From an uncultured Pseudomonadales bacterium (GTDB taxonomy: Bacteria; Patescibacteriota; Microgenomatia; UBA1400; PJMF01): a stretch of DNA of 64,000 nucleotides. The translations under genes and the position numbers were made by a program. The stretch's first letter is position 1. The number at the start of each line of letters is the position of its first letter. Under the pieces are notes generated by a model. The model was not told the DNA's origin. It searched no databases and saw nothing but the letters and a program-made list of their open reading frames with translations. Shown piece after piece: positions 20,619-29,977 of the stretch. Location: NCBI GenBank assembly GCA_964515115.1, contig CAZESB010000001.1, positions 48,292-112,291 on the forward strand. The letters are read 5' to 3'.

Positions 20619-21611
20619 ATGCCGATAGAACAGCTGTCCCTCACCAGCCTACTTGATACCAATGCCCATGCCGACAACCGGTCTGAAGCAGAAAAAATTC
20701 CTGATAGCCGGCTTAGTTTACTCAAAAAATTGACAGTCTTTTTCCGTCAGGATCGTCCTACCTTAGATACTTATCACTCACTTTACCCATCGCGGCTTTT
20801 TTGGCTGGTGTGGCACGAAGTTAAGGAACTAAACGGTCAGGACAAGTACGGCCTTTTTGCCCAAGAGGAATTTTTGGGCTTGTACCGACAGCAGGAACTG
20901 GCGGACATCATTATTTATTTGCAAGCGGTTTACGACCAATTGGCTGAAAATCCAGATGAAATTATCTTTCTTGATGAAGACTTGATTTTAGAGCGCGCTG
21001 CGACTATTGCTCAAGCACACCATATCGCCGTAGTTGACCTTGACCAACCGCTCAAAGAACCAATAGTTTTAAATCAAAACCAAGAAGCAACCTATAATCA
21101 ACTGAAAAATAATCTCAACTTTTGGGCTACAGTTTTAGATCCTGCTAAAGCTGATTTATGGAACGGACTGAGCCGCACCGAACAGGAGATGGCGCTAAAT
21201 GAAGTCATGTCCACGGCTTTTGTCATGCTGTATCTTTACGGCCTGAACCCACTCAAGGCCTCTCTCGAGAAAATTGCTCGCAATCTTTTGCGCTACGATC
21301 CTCAACTCCTGCAAGATAATTTTTCGGATATTTTGGGTGATCATAGTCTCAGTCAGGAAGAAAAGGACGGACTAATTAACGAGAGATATGAGGCGGCCAT
21401 CGAGGCTTGCAAAGTTCAATTTGATGGTCAGCTGGATAGCCAAGGTGAAAGACCGCAACTCGGAACTCAGCAATTTTATCTTGGCCCTCTGGCTCCGCCA
21501 TACTTGGATTTGTTGGCTTCAGAGAATCAAAAAATTCTCCAGCAAAACTCGCCAAACCATGATAGATTAGAAAGAAATGGTAATAATACTGGAGCCAGCA
21601 AAACTAGCTAA
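20619..21611 (+). CDS. hypothetical protein with MazG-like (all-alpha NTP-PPase) motifs
   Basis: HEVKEL...QELADIIIYL and a distant GLNPLKASLEKIARNLLRY. Confidence 0.6.
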   Translation: MPIEQLSLTSLLDTNAHADNRSEAEKIPDSRLSLLKKLTVFFRQDRPTLDTYHSLYPSRLFWLVWHEVKELNGQDKYGLFAQEEFLGLYRQQELADIIIYLQAVYDQLAENPDEIIFLDEDLILERAATIAQAHHIAVVDLDQPLKEPIVLNQNQEATYNQLKNNLNFWATVLDPAKADLWNGLSRTEQEMALNEVMSTAFVMLYLYGLNPLKASLEKIARNLLRYDPQLLQDNFSDILGDHSLSQEEKDGLINERYEAAIEACKVQFDGQLDSQGERPQLGTQQFYLGPLAPPYLDLLASENQKILQQNSPNHDRLERNGNNTGASKTS

Positions 21612-21616
21612 TTTTT

Positions 21617-22279
21617 ATGTCAAAACTAAAAGCCAAAGCAAATAAAAAAGGTTATCTCATCACTCTTGAAGGCGGAGAAGGGGGCGGCAAAACCACCCAA
21701 ATAGTCAGACTCCGTGACAAGCTCACCAAGGCAGGAAAAGATGTTCTAGTGCTGCGAGAGCCGGGCGGGACGGTGATTAGCGAGCAAATTCGTGAAGTGG
21801 TTTTATCGGCTAAAAATGTCGGTATGGCTTACACCACGGAAGTGCTGCTTTTCCAAGCGGCCCGGGCGCAAATTTATCGTGAATTGGTTTTGCCTTCGCT
21901 GGCAGTGGGCAAAGTTGTTTTGATGGACCGTTCCCGCGACAGCTCAGTGGTTTACCAAGGTTTGGTGCGGGGTTTCGGGAAAGATATGATTGAACAACTC
22001 AACGAAATTTCCACCAAAAATACTTACCCAGATATTACATTTTTACTTGATTTAGAGGCAGAAATTGGGTTGAAAAGAAGGCGGGAAGCCGGTGACGTTA
22101 ACCGCATGGAAATGGAGGATTTGAACTTTCACAAAAGAGTGCGGGAGGCTTATCTGCAACTCGCCAAAGAGGACAAAAAGCGTTGGCACCTGATCGATGC
22201 CTCTCAGACTTTAGACGAAGTTGATGCCGCTATTTGGCAAATTGTGGCTAAAAAACTGGGGCTTAAACTTAAATCTTAA
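21617..22279 (+). CDS. tmk: thymidylate kinase
   Basis: EGGEGGGKTTQ, REPGGT, DRSRDSSVVYQG. Confidence 0.95.
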   Translation: MSKLKAKANKKGYLITLEGGEGGGKTTQIVRLRDKLTKAGKDVLVLREPGGTVISEQIREVVLSAKNVGMAYTTEVLLFQAARAQIYRELVLPSLAVGKVVLMDRSRDSSVVYQGLVRGFGKDMIEQLNEISTKNTYPDITFLLDLEAEIGLKRRREAGDVNRMEMEDLNFHKRVREAYLQLAKEDKKRWHLIDASQTLDEVDAAIWQIVAKKLGLKLKS

Positions 22280-22338
22280 AATGACCAGCCACCAATAAAT
22301 CCAAAATCAAGTACAACTGGAATTTTGCAAGGAGTTTA

Positions 22339-22947
22339 ATGAAATTACCGCGTTCAGTGCAGCAGCTTATCGAGAGTTTTGAAAAATTACCGGGTGTCGG
22401 GCCAAAATCAGCCCAGCGCCTGGTTTTTTACTTGCTGCACAATCCCGATCATCAGCTGGAGGAGTTTGCCGAGCGATTATTGGCCCTCAAGAAAAATACC
22501 ATTCTTTGTAGCAGCTGCCACAACGTGAGTGAAACCGATCCCTGCAAGATTTGCTCGGATCAGACTCGCGACGATTCTTCGCTGTGTATTGTGGAACAAC
22601 CACTGGACGTTATTGCTATTGAAAACTCTGGGGCTTTTAAGGGGAAGTATCATGTTTTGCATGGAGCAATCGCGCCTCTGAACAATGTAGGGCCGGATCA
22701 GCTTTACTTGCATGATGTGACCAAAAGACTGAAAGGAGTGGTGGAGCTGATTATTGCCACCAACCCCACCATGGAGGGTGAAGCTACGGCGCTTTATATT
22801 AAAGAGTATATTCTTCAATCTGGGGTGGATAAGGTGGCAAACCTGGCTATTAGCCGGATTGGTCACGGTTTGCCGATTGGCGCCGATATCGAGTACGCCG
22901 ATGGCGTCACTCTTTCCAGGGCACTAGATGGCCGGCGAGAGATGTAA
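22339..22947 (+). CDS. recR: recombination mediator RecR
   Basis: LPGVGPKSAQR, C4 Zn finger, ATNPTMEGEATA. Confidence 0.97.
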   Translation: MKLPRSVQQLIESFEKLPGVGPKSAQRLVFYLLHNPDHQLEEFAERLLALKKNTILCSSCHNVSETDPCKICSDQTRDDSSLCIVEQPLDVIAIENSGAFKGKYHVLHGAIAPLNNVGPDQLYLHDVTKRLKGVVELIIATNPTMEGEATALYIKEYILQSGVDKVANLAISRIGHGLPIGADIEYADGVTLSRALDGRREM

Positions 22948-22971
22948 TTTTCTTCATGCTATAGTGGATAT

Positions 22972-24468
22972 ATGCCAAATGAGGGAGAAATAACTAGCCC
23001 CGTACAGCGTCTTAATGAAACAATGCTGCCAGTTCATATTCGGGCGGCTGGTGAATTCGGGATAAAGGATTCGGCAACTGAGGTACACACTTGGGAACCA
23101 AGTAGTTCTAATGAGATTTTACTTGAAAGCACACCTGTTCAGAAGCAAGAGCTTGTTGCCGCATTAACTGATCCAAAATTACACAAAATTTTTCAACACC
23201 AAGGCGAAACTTACATTGTTTTCAAAATTGCTGACCAATTATTTGTTATGCCATCTGGAAGAATACCAGAGTTACAACAGGCACTGCGACAGGAGCGGTC
23301 TGGGTCTAGTTTAGTGAAGAAGGTGGAGGGACTGGCAAGAAAAATCTTTACTCCCGACCAGGGACAGGAGCCTGACAACACTTCTCCTCAAGAACAAATC
23401 AGACTACCCGATAATTTCCCGGTGGGAGTAGCCTCTTTGGCTTCACCTCATCACCTTAATCATGATTCGTCTGCAACGCAATCACTAACTAATGCAGCTG
23501 GAATAAGAGTTCACCGATATTTGGTCATAGATGGTGCTGGTGGCACTGCGCAGATGGTAGCTCTGGCTGAGCGAGACCGAGCCATTCAAGCAAAAATGGA
23601 AGCGGTCCGCAAAAAAGTATGTTTGCATCGGGGTACTATAGTTGAAGCCTTGCTGGCGGCAGACAAGACTAGCAAAACCACTCCAGAACTTATAGATAAT
23701 GATGCCTCGGGGGGAGTGATAGCAGTTGAGTTTAATCCCAAAACAGGCAGGCTTGAATTTGCTTGGGTTGGTGATCCGGTCGCCATGACTTGGTCTCCCA
23801 CAGGTTATCGGCACAACAGAAGAGTAGACGCTCAATCTTCTACTCTTGAAGAACCAAACACTTTGCAAATGATTTCAGAGCAGCATAACCTGGCTTGGCA
23901 AATGAAAAAGTCTAATCCTGCTTTTGCGCCTACCATTGACCTAGATCTAGTGTCGCAAGCAAATCAAATTTATACTTCCGTAGGCGGTAGTAAGCAAAAA
24001 CCAGCCTTGAGACCGGAACAGATTGGTCAATTAAGCATACCGATTAACGAACTTGATGCTCGGTTTTTGCTGCTGATGTCGGACGGCGCTCGCCCAAATC
24101 AAATGATCGCTATGAATAATGAATCTGATCATCGATCAATGGAAGTCAGAAAACTAATTGGAAAATTTGTTGAAATATTCGCTCAGTCGCTCAAAGATCA
24201 ACAGGCTCAGGAAGATTTGTTAAACAGACTAACCAACATTGTTACAGACATGCCGTCTGCTTACTCAGTGGCGGTTGATCAATTATTAAGACATACCGGC
24301 CCGGCTAGTCAAACTGATCAGGTTGAACAAGTTGAGCAGACTGAACAAAAGCGAATAAGTTTGGAGATGACTGCACATTTAATTACCCACCTTGCCAGAA
24401 GAATTGGTGATCAAGATGACATCACCGTGATGATTATTGACCTGAATGAATACCGGCCAACTGCTTAG
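22972..24468 (+). CDS. PP2C/PPM-like phosphatase domain protein with unknown N-terminus
   Basis: VIDGAGG, AWVGD, LLLMSDG, DDITVMII in canonical order. Confidence 0.7.
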   Translation: MPNEGEITSPVQRLNETMLPVHIRAAGEFGIKDSATEVHTWEPSSSNEILLESTPVQKQELVAALTDPKLHKIFQHQGETYIVFKIADQLFVMPSGRIPELQQALRQERSGSSLVKKVEGLARKIFTPDQGQEPDNTSPQEQIRLPDNFPVGVASLASPHHLNHDSSATQSLTNAAGIRVHRYLVIDGAGGTAQMVALAERDRAIQAKMEAVRKKVCLHRGTIVEALLAADKTSKTTPELIDNDASGGVIAVEFNPKTGRLEFAWVGDPVAMTWSPTGYRHNRRVDAQSSTLEEPNTLQMISEQHNLAWQMKKSNPAFAPTIDLDLVSQANQIYTSVGGSKQKPALRPEQIGQLSIPINELDARFLLLMSDGARPNQMIAMNNESDHRSMEVRKLIGKFVEIFAQSLKDQQAQEDLLNRLTNIVTDMPSAYSVAVDQLLRHTGPASQTDQVEQVEQTEQKRISLEMTAHLITHLARRIGDQDDITVMIIDLNEYRPTA

Positions 24469-24563
24469 CGGCTCGGCAATTTGACAGTCCCGGGAGTAAC
24501 TTTTTAGCCCATTTATTTTCCTATAAATTTTGGTACGATGAAGGTGTCGATGAGATTGCGCTC

Positions 24564-24613
24564 ATACAAAGTAAAACCACTCGGTCCTGCTTAGGAAGAG
24601 TGGTTTTTTGTAT
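24564..24613 (+). promoter_or_regulatory. long hairpin/terminator-like element in the hpf leader
   Basis: AAAACCACTC..TCCT-GCTT-AGGA..GAGTGGTTTT plus T-tract, directly before SD AAAGGAG. Confidence 0.6.
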
Positions 24614-24629
24614 CCAGAAAGGAGACTCA

Positions 24630-24968
24630 ATGACAGTGATTGTCGAGTCCAAGCGTTTAAAAGTGACCGAGGCTCTCCGAGCTTTTGTTGAGGAGCAAGC
24701 AAAAAAGCTGCTCAAATTGGGCAAAGGTGTGACCGGAGTTCGGGTACATCTGGAAACCATTGCTAAGAAAAGCAATGATCCCCAGGCTAACGCAGTCACT
24801 TTTCGGGTGGTTATTCCTGGCAAAGATGTGGTGGTGACCAAAACCGCGGAAAATATGTACACAGCCATTGCTTCGGCCGCGGATAGCGCCATTAGGCAAT
24901 TGAGGAAAAGATATGAAAAGCGCCGCACTCTGCGCCGTTCCAACGGTGAGAGTGGTAGTGGCGAATGA
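24630..24968 (+). CDS. hpf: ribosome hibernation promoting factor (HPF/RaiA, short form)
   Basis: LKVTEALRAFVEE, ENMYTAI..AADSAIRQLRK. Confidence 0.88.
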   Translation: MTVIVESKRLKVTEALRAFVEEQAKKLLKLGKGVTGVRVHLETIAKKSNDPQANAVTFRVVIPGKDVVVTKTAENMYTAIASAADSAIRQLRKRYEKRRTLRRSNGESGSGE

Positions 24969-25020
24969 TTAAGAGTGTTCCTGCTTGATTTACTCTTGGC
25001 TCATCTAGTATGGTAGAAAC

Positions 25021-25494
25021 ATGACTAATCCAGCAGATGATCAAACTAGTGGTTCGCAGCAAAATTTTCAGCAGACCCAACCGGCTCAGCAAGCTCAGCA
25101 AGACCCGCTGGCGGCGCTTGAGGAGTTATTGAAGCAAACGCAGCAAAATCAACAGTCGCCGCAGAGTGCTCAACCAAACCCACAGCAGCTAGCTGAAGCT
25201 GATGATGAGGTTGGCGGCCTGGGTTCGGACATGGGGACGGCTGACGCTGAGGTTCAGGCAGCAGCTCAGGCTCAAGCCCAAAAACAAGCGGAGTACGAAG
25301 CCATGGCTGCTCGCAGCCAGGCAGAAACGCAGGAACAGCTTGAGGTGCAAAAGCAGGCTTTGGAGGAAATTAAAACTATGCCTGAATATCAAGCCAGAGT
25401 CCAACAAAATCAACAGGAAGCCGAGAAGCAAGAGGAAGAAGCTAATCTGGCTGATGGTTTGCAAATTAGGCAGTTGAAACACGATAAAGTTTAG
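25021..25494 (+). CDS. Gln/Ala-rich low-complexity hypothetical protein
   Basis: Long ORF with coding-like codon usage. Confidence 0.75.
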   Translation: MTNPADDQTSGSQQNFQQTQPAQQAQQDPLAALEELLKQTQQNQQSPQSAQPNPQQLAEADDEVGGLGSDMGTADAEVQAAAQAQAQKQAEYEAMAARSQAETQEQLEVQKQALEEIKTMPEYQARVQQNQQEAEKQEEEANLADGLQIRQLKHDKV

Positions 25495-25522
25495 GGAAAT
25501 TTAGAGGAAATAAGGAATAGCT

Positions 25523-26197
25523 ATGTCTGCACCTAAAGCTGGAGGGCCGGGCGCTCGGGTGAGAGCGGGCGGCGGCTTCAATCAGTTTGCTGACGAACTC
25601 GGTGGTGAACACCTCCAGTCTTCGGCGATGCAGCAGGCCATGCAGCAAAAAGCCGCCGCCCAAAAAACTGCTGATCCCCGCGCCGGTCAAACCTCCCAAG
25701 CCAAAATGCAGCAACAGGCTTTAGCCCAGCAGTTGCAGCAGCAACAGGAGCGCGCCGGCGGCCAGCCTCAAGCTCCCCGCGAAGTTGGTACCATTCCTGA
25801 AGAATTTAAGCGCATGGGCCAAGATGCTTTCCAGGAACTCAAATCATTTTTTTCTTTAAATACTTGGCTGGGAGTGAAACCGGAAACAGACGATCCTGAA
25901 GAAGTAGCCAAGCGCAAAAAACTGCACGAGCGCTGGCAGAACCTGACTGAAGAACAACAAGCGGTTGCCAAGCGCCAGTACCAGGAAGAACTCGAGCGCA
26001 AGCGGGCGGAGGAAGAAGAAGCGCAGCAAAAAAAGCAACTGGAAGAACAGAAAAAAGAGCGTGGCTTACCAATGCCCGCCAGCCCGCAAAAAGGTCCGAT
26101 TGGCCCCGGCACAGCCGGTAAATCTAAAAAGCAAGACGCGGTTCAGCGTCTGCAACAAAGCCGCCAGCAACTGAGTGGTCCAAGCAGCCTGAATTAA
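25523..26197 (+). CDS. Gln/Glu-rich coiled-coil hypothetical protein
   Basis: AAGGA SD; charged helix region. Confidence 0.75.
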   Translation: MSAPKAGGPGARVRAGGGFNQFADELGGEHLQSSAMQQAMQQKAAAQKTADPRAGQTSQAKMQQQALAQQLQQQQERAGGQPQAPREVGTIPEEFKRMGQDAFQELKSFFSLNTWLGVKPETDDPEEVAKRKKLHERWQNLTEEQQAVAKRQYQEELERKRAEEEEAQQKKQLEEQKKERGLPMPASPQKGPIGPGTAGKSKKQDAVQRLQQSRQQLSGPSSLN

Positions 26198-26257
26198 GTC
26201 CGCTTGCAATCAACTCGCCATCTACTCTAAACTGGAATTAATATTCTCGAAAGTTTT

Positions 26258-26491
26258 ATGACAAATTCACTTTCACCACAACTCGCGACCATTTTAGAAC
26301 GTTTTGGCAAGGAACTACAACAATATCTCGAAGCCGAAATTAAACGCCAAACAGCGGTGCAACTGACTGAACTTCCTGAGTCTTATTCCGCAAATCAAAG
26401 TTTCAAAAGTCAAGATTTTAATGAAGCACTCTCAGAATTATCAACTTTAAGAGATTCGATAATTACTGACCAAATCGCCGACTTAAATTAG
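26258..26491 (+). CDS. small helical hypothetical protein, paralog of 29539..29907
   Basis: QLATILERFGKELQQYLEAEIKRQ matches the N-terminus of 29539. Confidence 0.7.
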   Translation: MTNSLSPQLATILERFGKELQQYLEAEIKRQTAVQLTELPESYSANQSFKSQDFNEALSELSTLRDSIITDQIADLN

Positions 26492-26569
26492 TACAAATTA
26501 TCTGGTCATGATAGAATATTGATACTTTTGAACTGAATAAAGAACAAATATAAGTAAAGGAAATTAGAC

Positions 26570-27673
26570 ATGAACGAGATTACCGTCAATCCCCAAGATA
26601 TCCAAGATATTAATGCTGTTGACACCGCAGCGCCAGAAACAAACCAACAGCAAGTGGATCAATCTACCCCCCCCCATCTAGATGAGCCTTCACTGTCTAG
26701 ATCAGAGATGCTCAGAGAGCAAAGATTAGATTTTGCTGCCGGAAAACAAGAAAAGCGAGCTGAAAGGCAAACGCAGGCGCAAGAAAGAGGGGCGCAAAGA
26801 AGAGCGGCGCTAAAAGAAAAGTTTGACCGAGCCTCCAATATTTTTACTACCCAAGTCAATGTCTTAAAAGAAAAAGGTCGTGCTGCTTATGATTTTGCTG
26901 CCGAAAAAGGCGCAGCAGCTTACACTAAAACAACTGAAGCGGTTGGTGCTGTCAGTCAAGAGATAAGCGGTAGCGCACCGGCACGAGCTCTAGATCGAGT
27001 TTTGCAAGTTGGAGTTGAGGGATTTATGTTTGCTCGTGAACAAGCTGCTAGGGCAGATGAAGCTATTGCGCAAAAACTGGATACCGGGATGGGTAACTTG
27101 GTTGGCAAATTCGAGGCTGGGAAGCTTAACTTTCAAGCTGCTAAACATGAAAGAAACCAAGCTCGTTTAGAAGCAGAGCAAACTAAAGCCGCCGCACGCC
27201 TTAAAGATCTAGAAGTTCAATTTAAGGAACACACCCGAAAGATTATTGACTCCGCTCGAAAAGAGCCAGAAACCAAGCGTTATTTTAATCTGGCTAAAAA
27301 TTTGCGCAATATGGCTGGCGAATCGGCTTTGCCTGATTCTAGAGATCAGTTGCTCGGTATGGCCGATCAATTAGAGAACCTTGGGAATGAGGCAGTGAAA
27401 GCAGCAGTAGCGCCGCAGCTGGAAAATTTAAGAAGCGAAACCATAGATATTTACAAGCAATTGAAAGAAGATCTAGACTTTTACACTGAACAAGTTCAGG
27501 CGCTTGAAAGTAGAGCAGCGGAACTCCGCACTGAAGCCCAAGCACGCTTAGGCAATGGCCAAGGTTTGCGGACTTTGAGGCAGGGGGTAGTGGGTATGTT
27601 CACCGACGCGCGCGGGACTACTCAAGGAGCATTTCGTGGTTTGGTAAATAGAGCAAAAGCAAGATTTAGTTAA
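26570..27673 (+). CDS. long alpha-helical/coiled-coil hypothetical protein
   Basis: AAGGA SD; A/E/K/R/Q-rich helical pattern. Confidence 0.75.
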   Translation: MNEITVNPQDIQDINAVDTAAPETNQQQVDQSTPPHLDEPSLSRSEMLREQRLDFAAGKQEKRAERQTQAQERGAQRRAALKEKFDRASNIFTTQVNVLKEKGRAAYDFAAEKGAAAYTKTTEAVGAVSQEISGSAPARALDRVLQVGVEGFMFAREQAARADEAIAQKLDTGMGNLVGKFEAGKLNFQAAKHERNQARLEAEQTKAAARLKDLEVQFKEHTRKIIDSARKEPETKRYFNLAKNLRNMAGESALPDSRDQLLGMADQLENLGNEAVKAAVAPQLENLRSETIDIYKQLKEDLDFYTEQVQALESRAAELRTEAQARLGNGQGLRTLRQGVVGMFTDARGTTQGAFRGLVNRAKARFS

Positions 27674-27699
27674 AGCAAAAATTAACCCAAAGGAATTAC

Positions 27700-28008
27700 A
27701 TGACCAAACAAGACTTACACCAAATGCTGGCAGAAATCGAACTAACCGATGACGTGCGTCAAAACGTTACGGAGGTTATTAACTCCTTTGCCAATGAAGA
27801 ATTAACTGAGGACGAAGTAGCCGAACTGGTGGAATATCTGGATTTGGCTTCAGAAAATGAGGTGGTTTTAGCCGGTGCGCTCAAAGAAGCCGCCGATCTG
27901 GCCGATCAATACGTGACTGACATGGATCGCAATCAAGAAGATTTGACAACCAACACTATTGGCAAAATGCACGACACGTTGGTGCAAGCTACCACTTTGG
28001 CTGATTAA
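27700..28008 (+). CDS. small acidic helical hypothetical protein
   Basis: AAGGA SD; D/E-rich. Confidence 0.7.
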   Translation: MTKQDLHQMLAEIELTDDVRQNVTEVINSFANEELTEDEVAELVEYLDLASENEVVLAGALKEAADLADQYVTDMDRNQEDLTTNTIGKMHDTLVQATTLAD

Positions 28009-28054
28009 CTCAACTCCTAACCCCAAACTCACCAAGATTTGCTAGGATATAACT

Positions 28055-29506
28055 ATGAGTTCTATGCGTTTATACAACACCATGAGCCGGCAAGTTGAAG
28101 AGTTTGTGCCCTCAAACCCGCCTGAGGTCAAGCTCTACGCCTGTGGTTTTACCGTTTACGATTACACTCACCTCGGTCATTTGCGTAAATATACCATGGA
28201 CGATATTTTGGTGCGCACCCTCGAACATCAGGGTTACGAAGTTAAGTTTGTGCAAAATGTCACCGATGTTGGCCATCTCACTTCTGACGCTGATACCGGC
28301 GAGGATAAACTGGAAAAAGGCGCCAAAAAATATGGTAAATCGGCTTGGGATATTGCTCGGGAGTTTGAGGATTACTTTTGGTACAGCATGGATTTGATGG
28401 GCAATAAGCGCCCTGACATCAGCAGCCGAGCCACGGAGCACATCGAGGCTCAACTTGATTTAGTCAAAACCCTGGAAGAAAAAGGCTACACTTACGAAAT
28501 TCCCGGCGACGGCATTTATTTTGACACCGCCAAATTGACTGATTATGGCCAGCTAGCCCGTCTCAATCCGGCCAGCCAGCAGGAAGGTGCCAGAATTGGG
28601 GTGGTTGAAGGCAAGCGCCAGCCCACCGATTTTGCTCTTTGGAAATATGAGCGTCCGGGTGAGAACCGCGCCATGGTGTGGCCCAGTCCGTGGCACGAGC
28701 GCAGTTTTCCGGGCTGGCACGTGGAATGTAGCGCTATGGCCATGCAATATTTAGGCGAGCAGCTTGACATTCACACTGGCGGTATTGATCACATTCCGGT
28801 CCATCATCCTAATGAAATTGCTCAGTCGGAGGCGGCTACAGGCAAGAAACCCTTTGTCCGTTACTGGGCTCATCATAATTTTTTGCTGATAGAAGGCGAA
28901 AAAATGAGCAAATCGCTCGGCAACTTTTTTACTGTAGATGACGTCATCAATCGCGGCTTTGATCCTCGCGCCCTCAGGTTGCTTTTCTTGACTGCACATT
29001 ACCGCAGCGAAATGAATTTCACTTGGGAAAATTTGGCTGGCATGCAGAAAAGTTATGAACGCTTGCTGCGCCAGACAAAAGAGCTAGGCGAGCTTTCGGT
29101 AGCTTTACCTTTAGCAGGGTTGAACGAGATGAGTGAGGCGGCCCGAGCGCTTCATGATCAGTTTTTCGCAGCCATGAATGACGATCTGGATACACCGACA
29201 GCAGTGGCAGTAATGTGGCAGGCGCTCAAAACGGCAATTCCGGCCCAAGAAAAGCTGGCGCTCTTGCAAGTTTTTGACAACATTTTGCAACTTGATCTGG
29301 CCAATGCTGAGGCTCATTTGACTGAAACCGAAATTACTCCGGCCCAGTTGCCGGAAGAGGTGCAGCAACTTCTGGCTGAGCGTCAACAAGCCAGGGAAAA
29401 TGGAGCTTGGGATCAAGCTGACAGCCTCCGCGACCAACTCAAACAGCTGGGTTACGAAGTTACCGACATTGCTTCAGGACAGAAAATCAGACAAATTACT
29501 ACTTGA
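28055..29506 (+). CDS. cysS: cysteinyl-tRNA synthetase
   Basis: YACGFTVY, HLGH, PGWHVECS, KMSKS. Confidence 0.98.
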   Translation: MSSMRLYNTMSRQVEEFVPSNPPEVKLYACGFTVYDYTHLGHLRKYTMDDILVRTLEHQGYEVKFVQNVTDVGHLTSDADTGEDKLEKGAKKYGKSAWDIAREFEDYFWYSMDLMGNKRPDISSRATEHIEAQLDLVKTLEEKGYTYEIPGDGIYFDTAKLTDYGQLARLNPASQQEGARIGVVEGKRQPTDFALWKYERPGENRAMVWPSPWHERSFPGWHVECSAMAMQYLGEQLDIHTGGIDHIPVHHPNEIAQSEAATGKKPFVRYWAHHNFLLIEGEKMSKSLGNFFTVDDVINRGFDPRALRLLFLTAHYRSEMNFTWENLAGMQKSYERLLRQTKELGELSVALPLAGLNEMSEAARALHDQFFAAMNDDLDTPTAVAVMWQALKTAIPAQEKLALLQVFDNILQLDLANAEAHLTETEITPAQLPEEVQQLLAERQQARENGAWDQADSLRDQLKQLGYEVTDIASGQKIRQITT

Positions 29507-29538
29507 AATAGCTCTGCCTGAAGCATTACACTGAAAAT

Positions 29539-29907
29539 ATGCCAAACGACCCTGCCTCTCAGCTTCAGCAGATTCTTGATGATTTTGGTCTTGACCTGCA
29601 AAACTATATCCGCGAAGAGGTGGCGCGCCAGCTTGGTGAGCGAAAAGTGGAAGTCGCAGGCATTGAAACTCCGCCGGAACAGCCAGTCGAGTGGCAGCAA
29701 CCCGAGCAGCCAGAGCAGCAGTCGCCTCAATCGGAACAGCAGCCGGAAATCGAGCAGTTCCAGCCTGAACAGTATCAAGCCGATATTAACGACTATCAGC
29801 CGACCGAGGGAGCCAATAACATCAATAATACCAGCTCTAGCGACATGTCTGATTACGACAGAATGTTCGGCGTCCTGGCGAGGATAAAAAACAGACACGC
29901 ATCATAA
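29539..29907 (+). CDS. hypothetical protein with QPEQ-repeat linker, paralog of 26258..26491
   Basis: QLQQILDDFGLDLQNYIREEVARQ; TACACT 6 nt before ATG. Confidence 0.7.
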   Translation: MPNDPASQLQQILDDFGLDLQNYIREEVARQLGERKVEVAGIETPPEQPVEWQQPEQPEQQSPQSEQQPEIEQFQPEQYQADINDYQPTEGANNINNTSSSDMSDYDRMFGVLARIKNRHAS

Positions 29908-29938
29908 ATGCAGCGACAGCAACAATCACCGTATTAAG

Positions 29939-29962
29939 AAACCCAGCTCGGCTGGGTTTTGC
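29939..29962 (+). terminator. intrinsic terminator-like hairpin
   Basis: AAACCCAGC-TCG-GCTGGGTTT(T). Confidence 0.6.
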
Positions 29963-29977
29963 TATTTGAAAGGGGTT

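Noticed and set aside
23320-23340. SAM-I-like GGTGGAGGGACTGG
   Set aside because: Lies inside a CDS (KVEGLA) and lacks the rest of the aptamer
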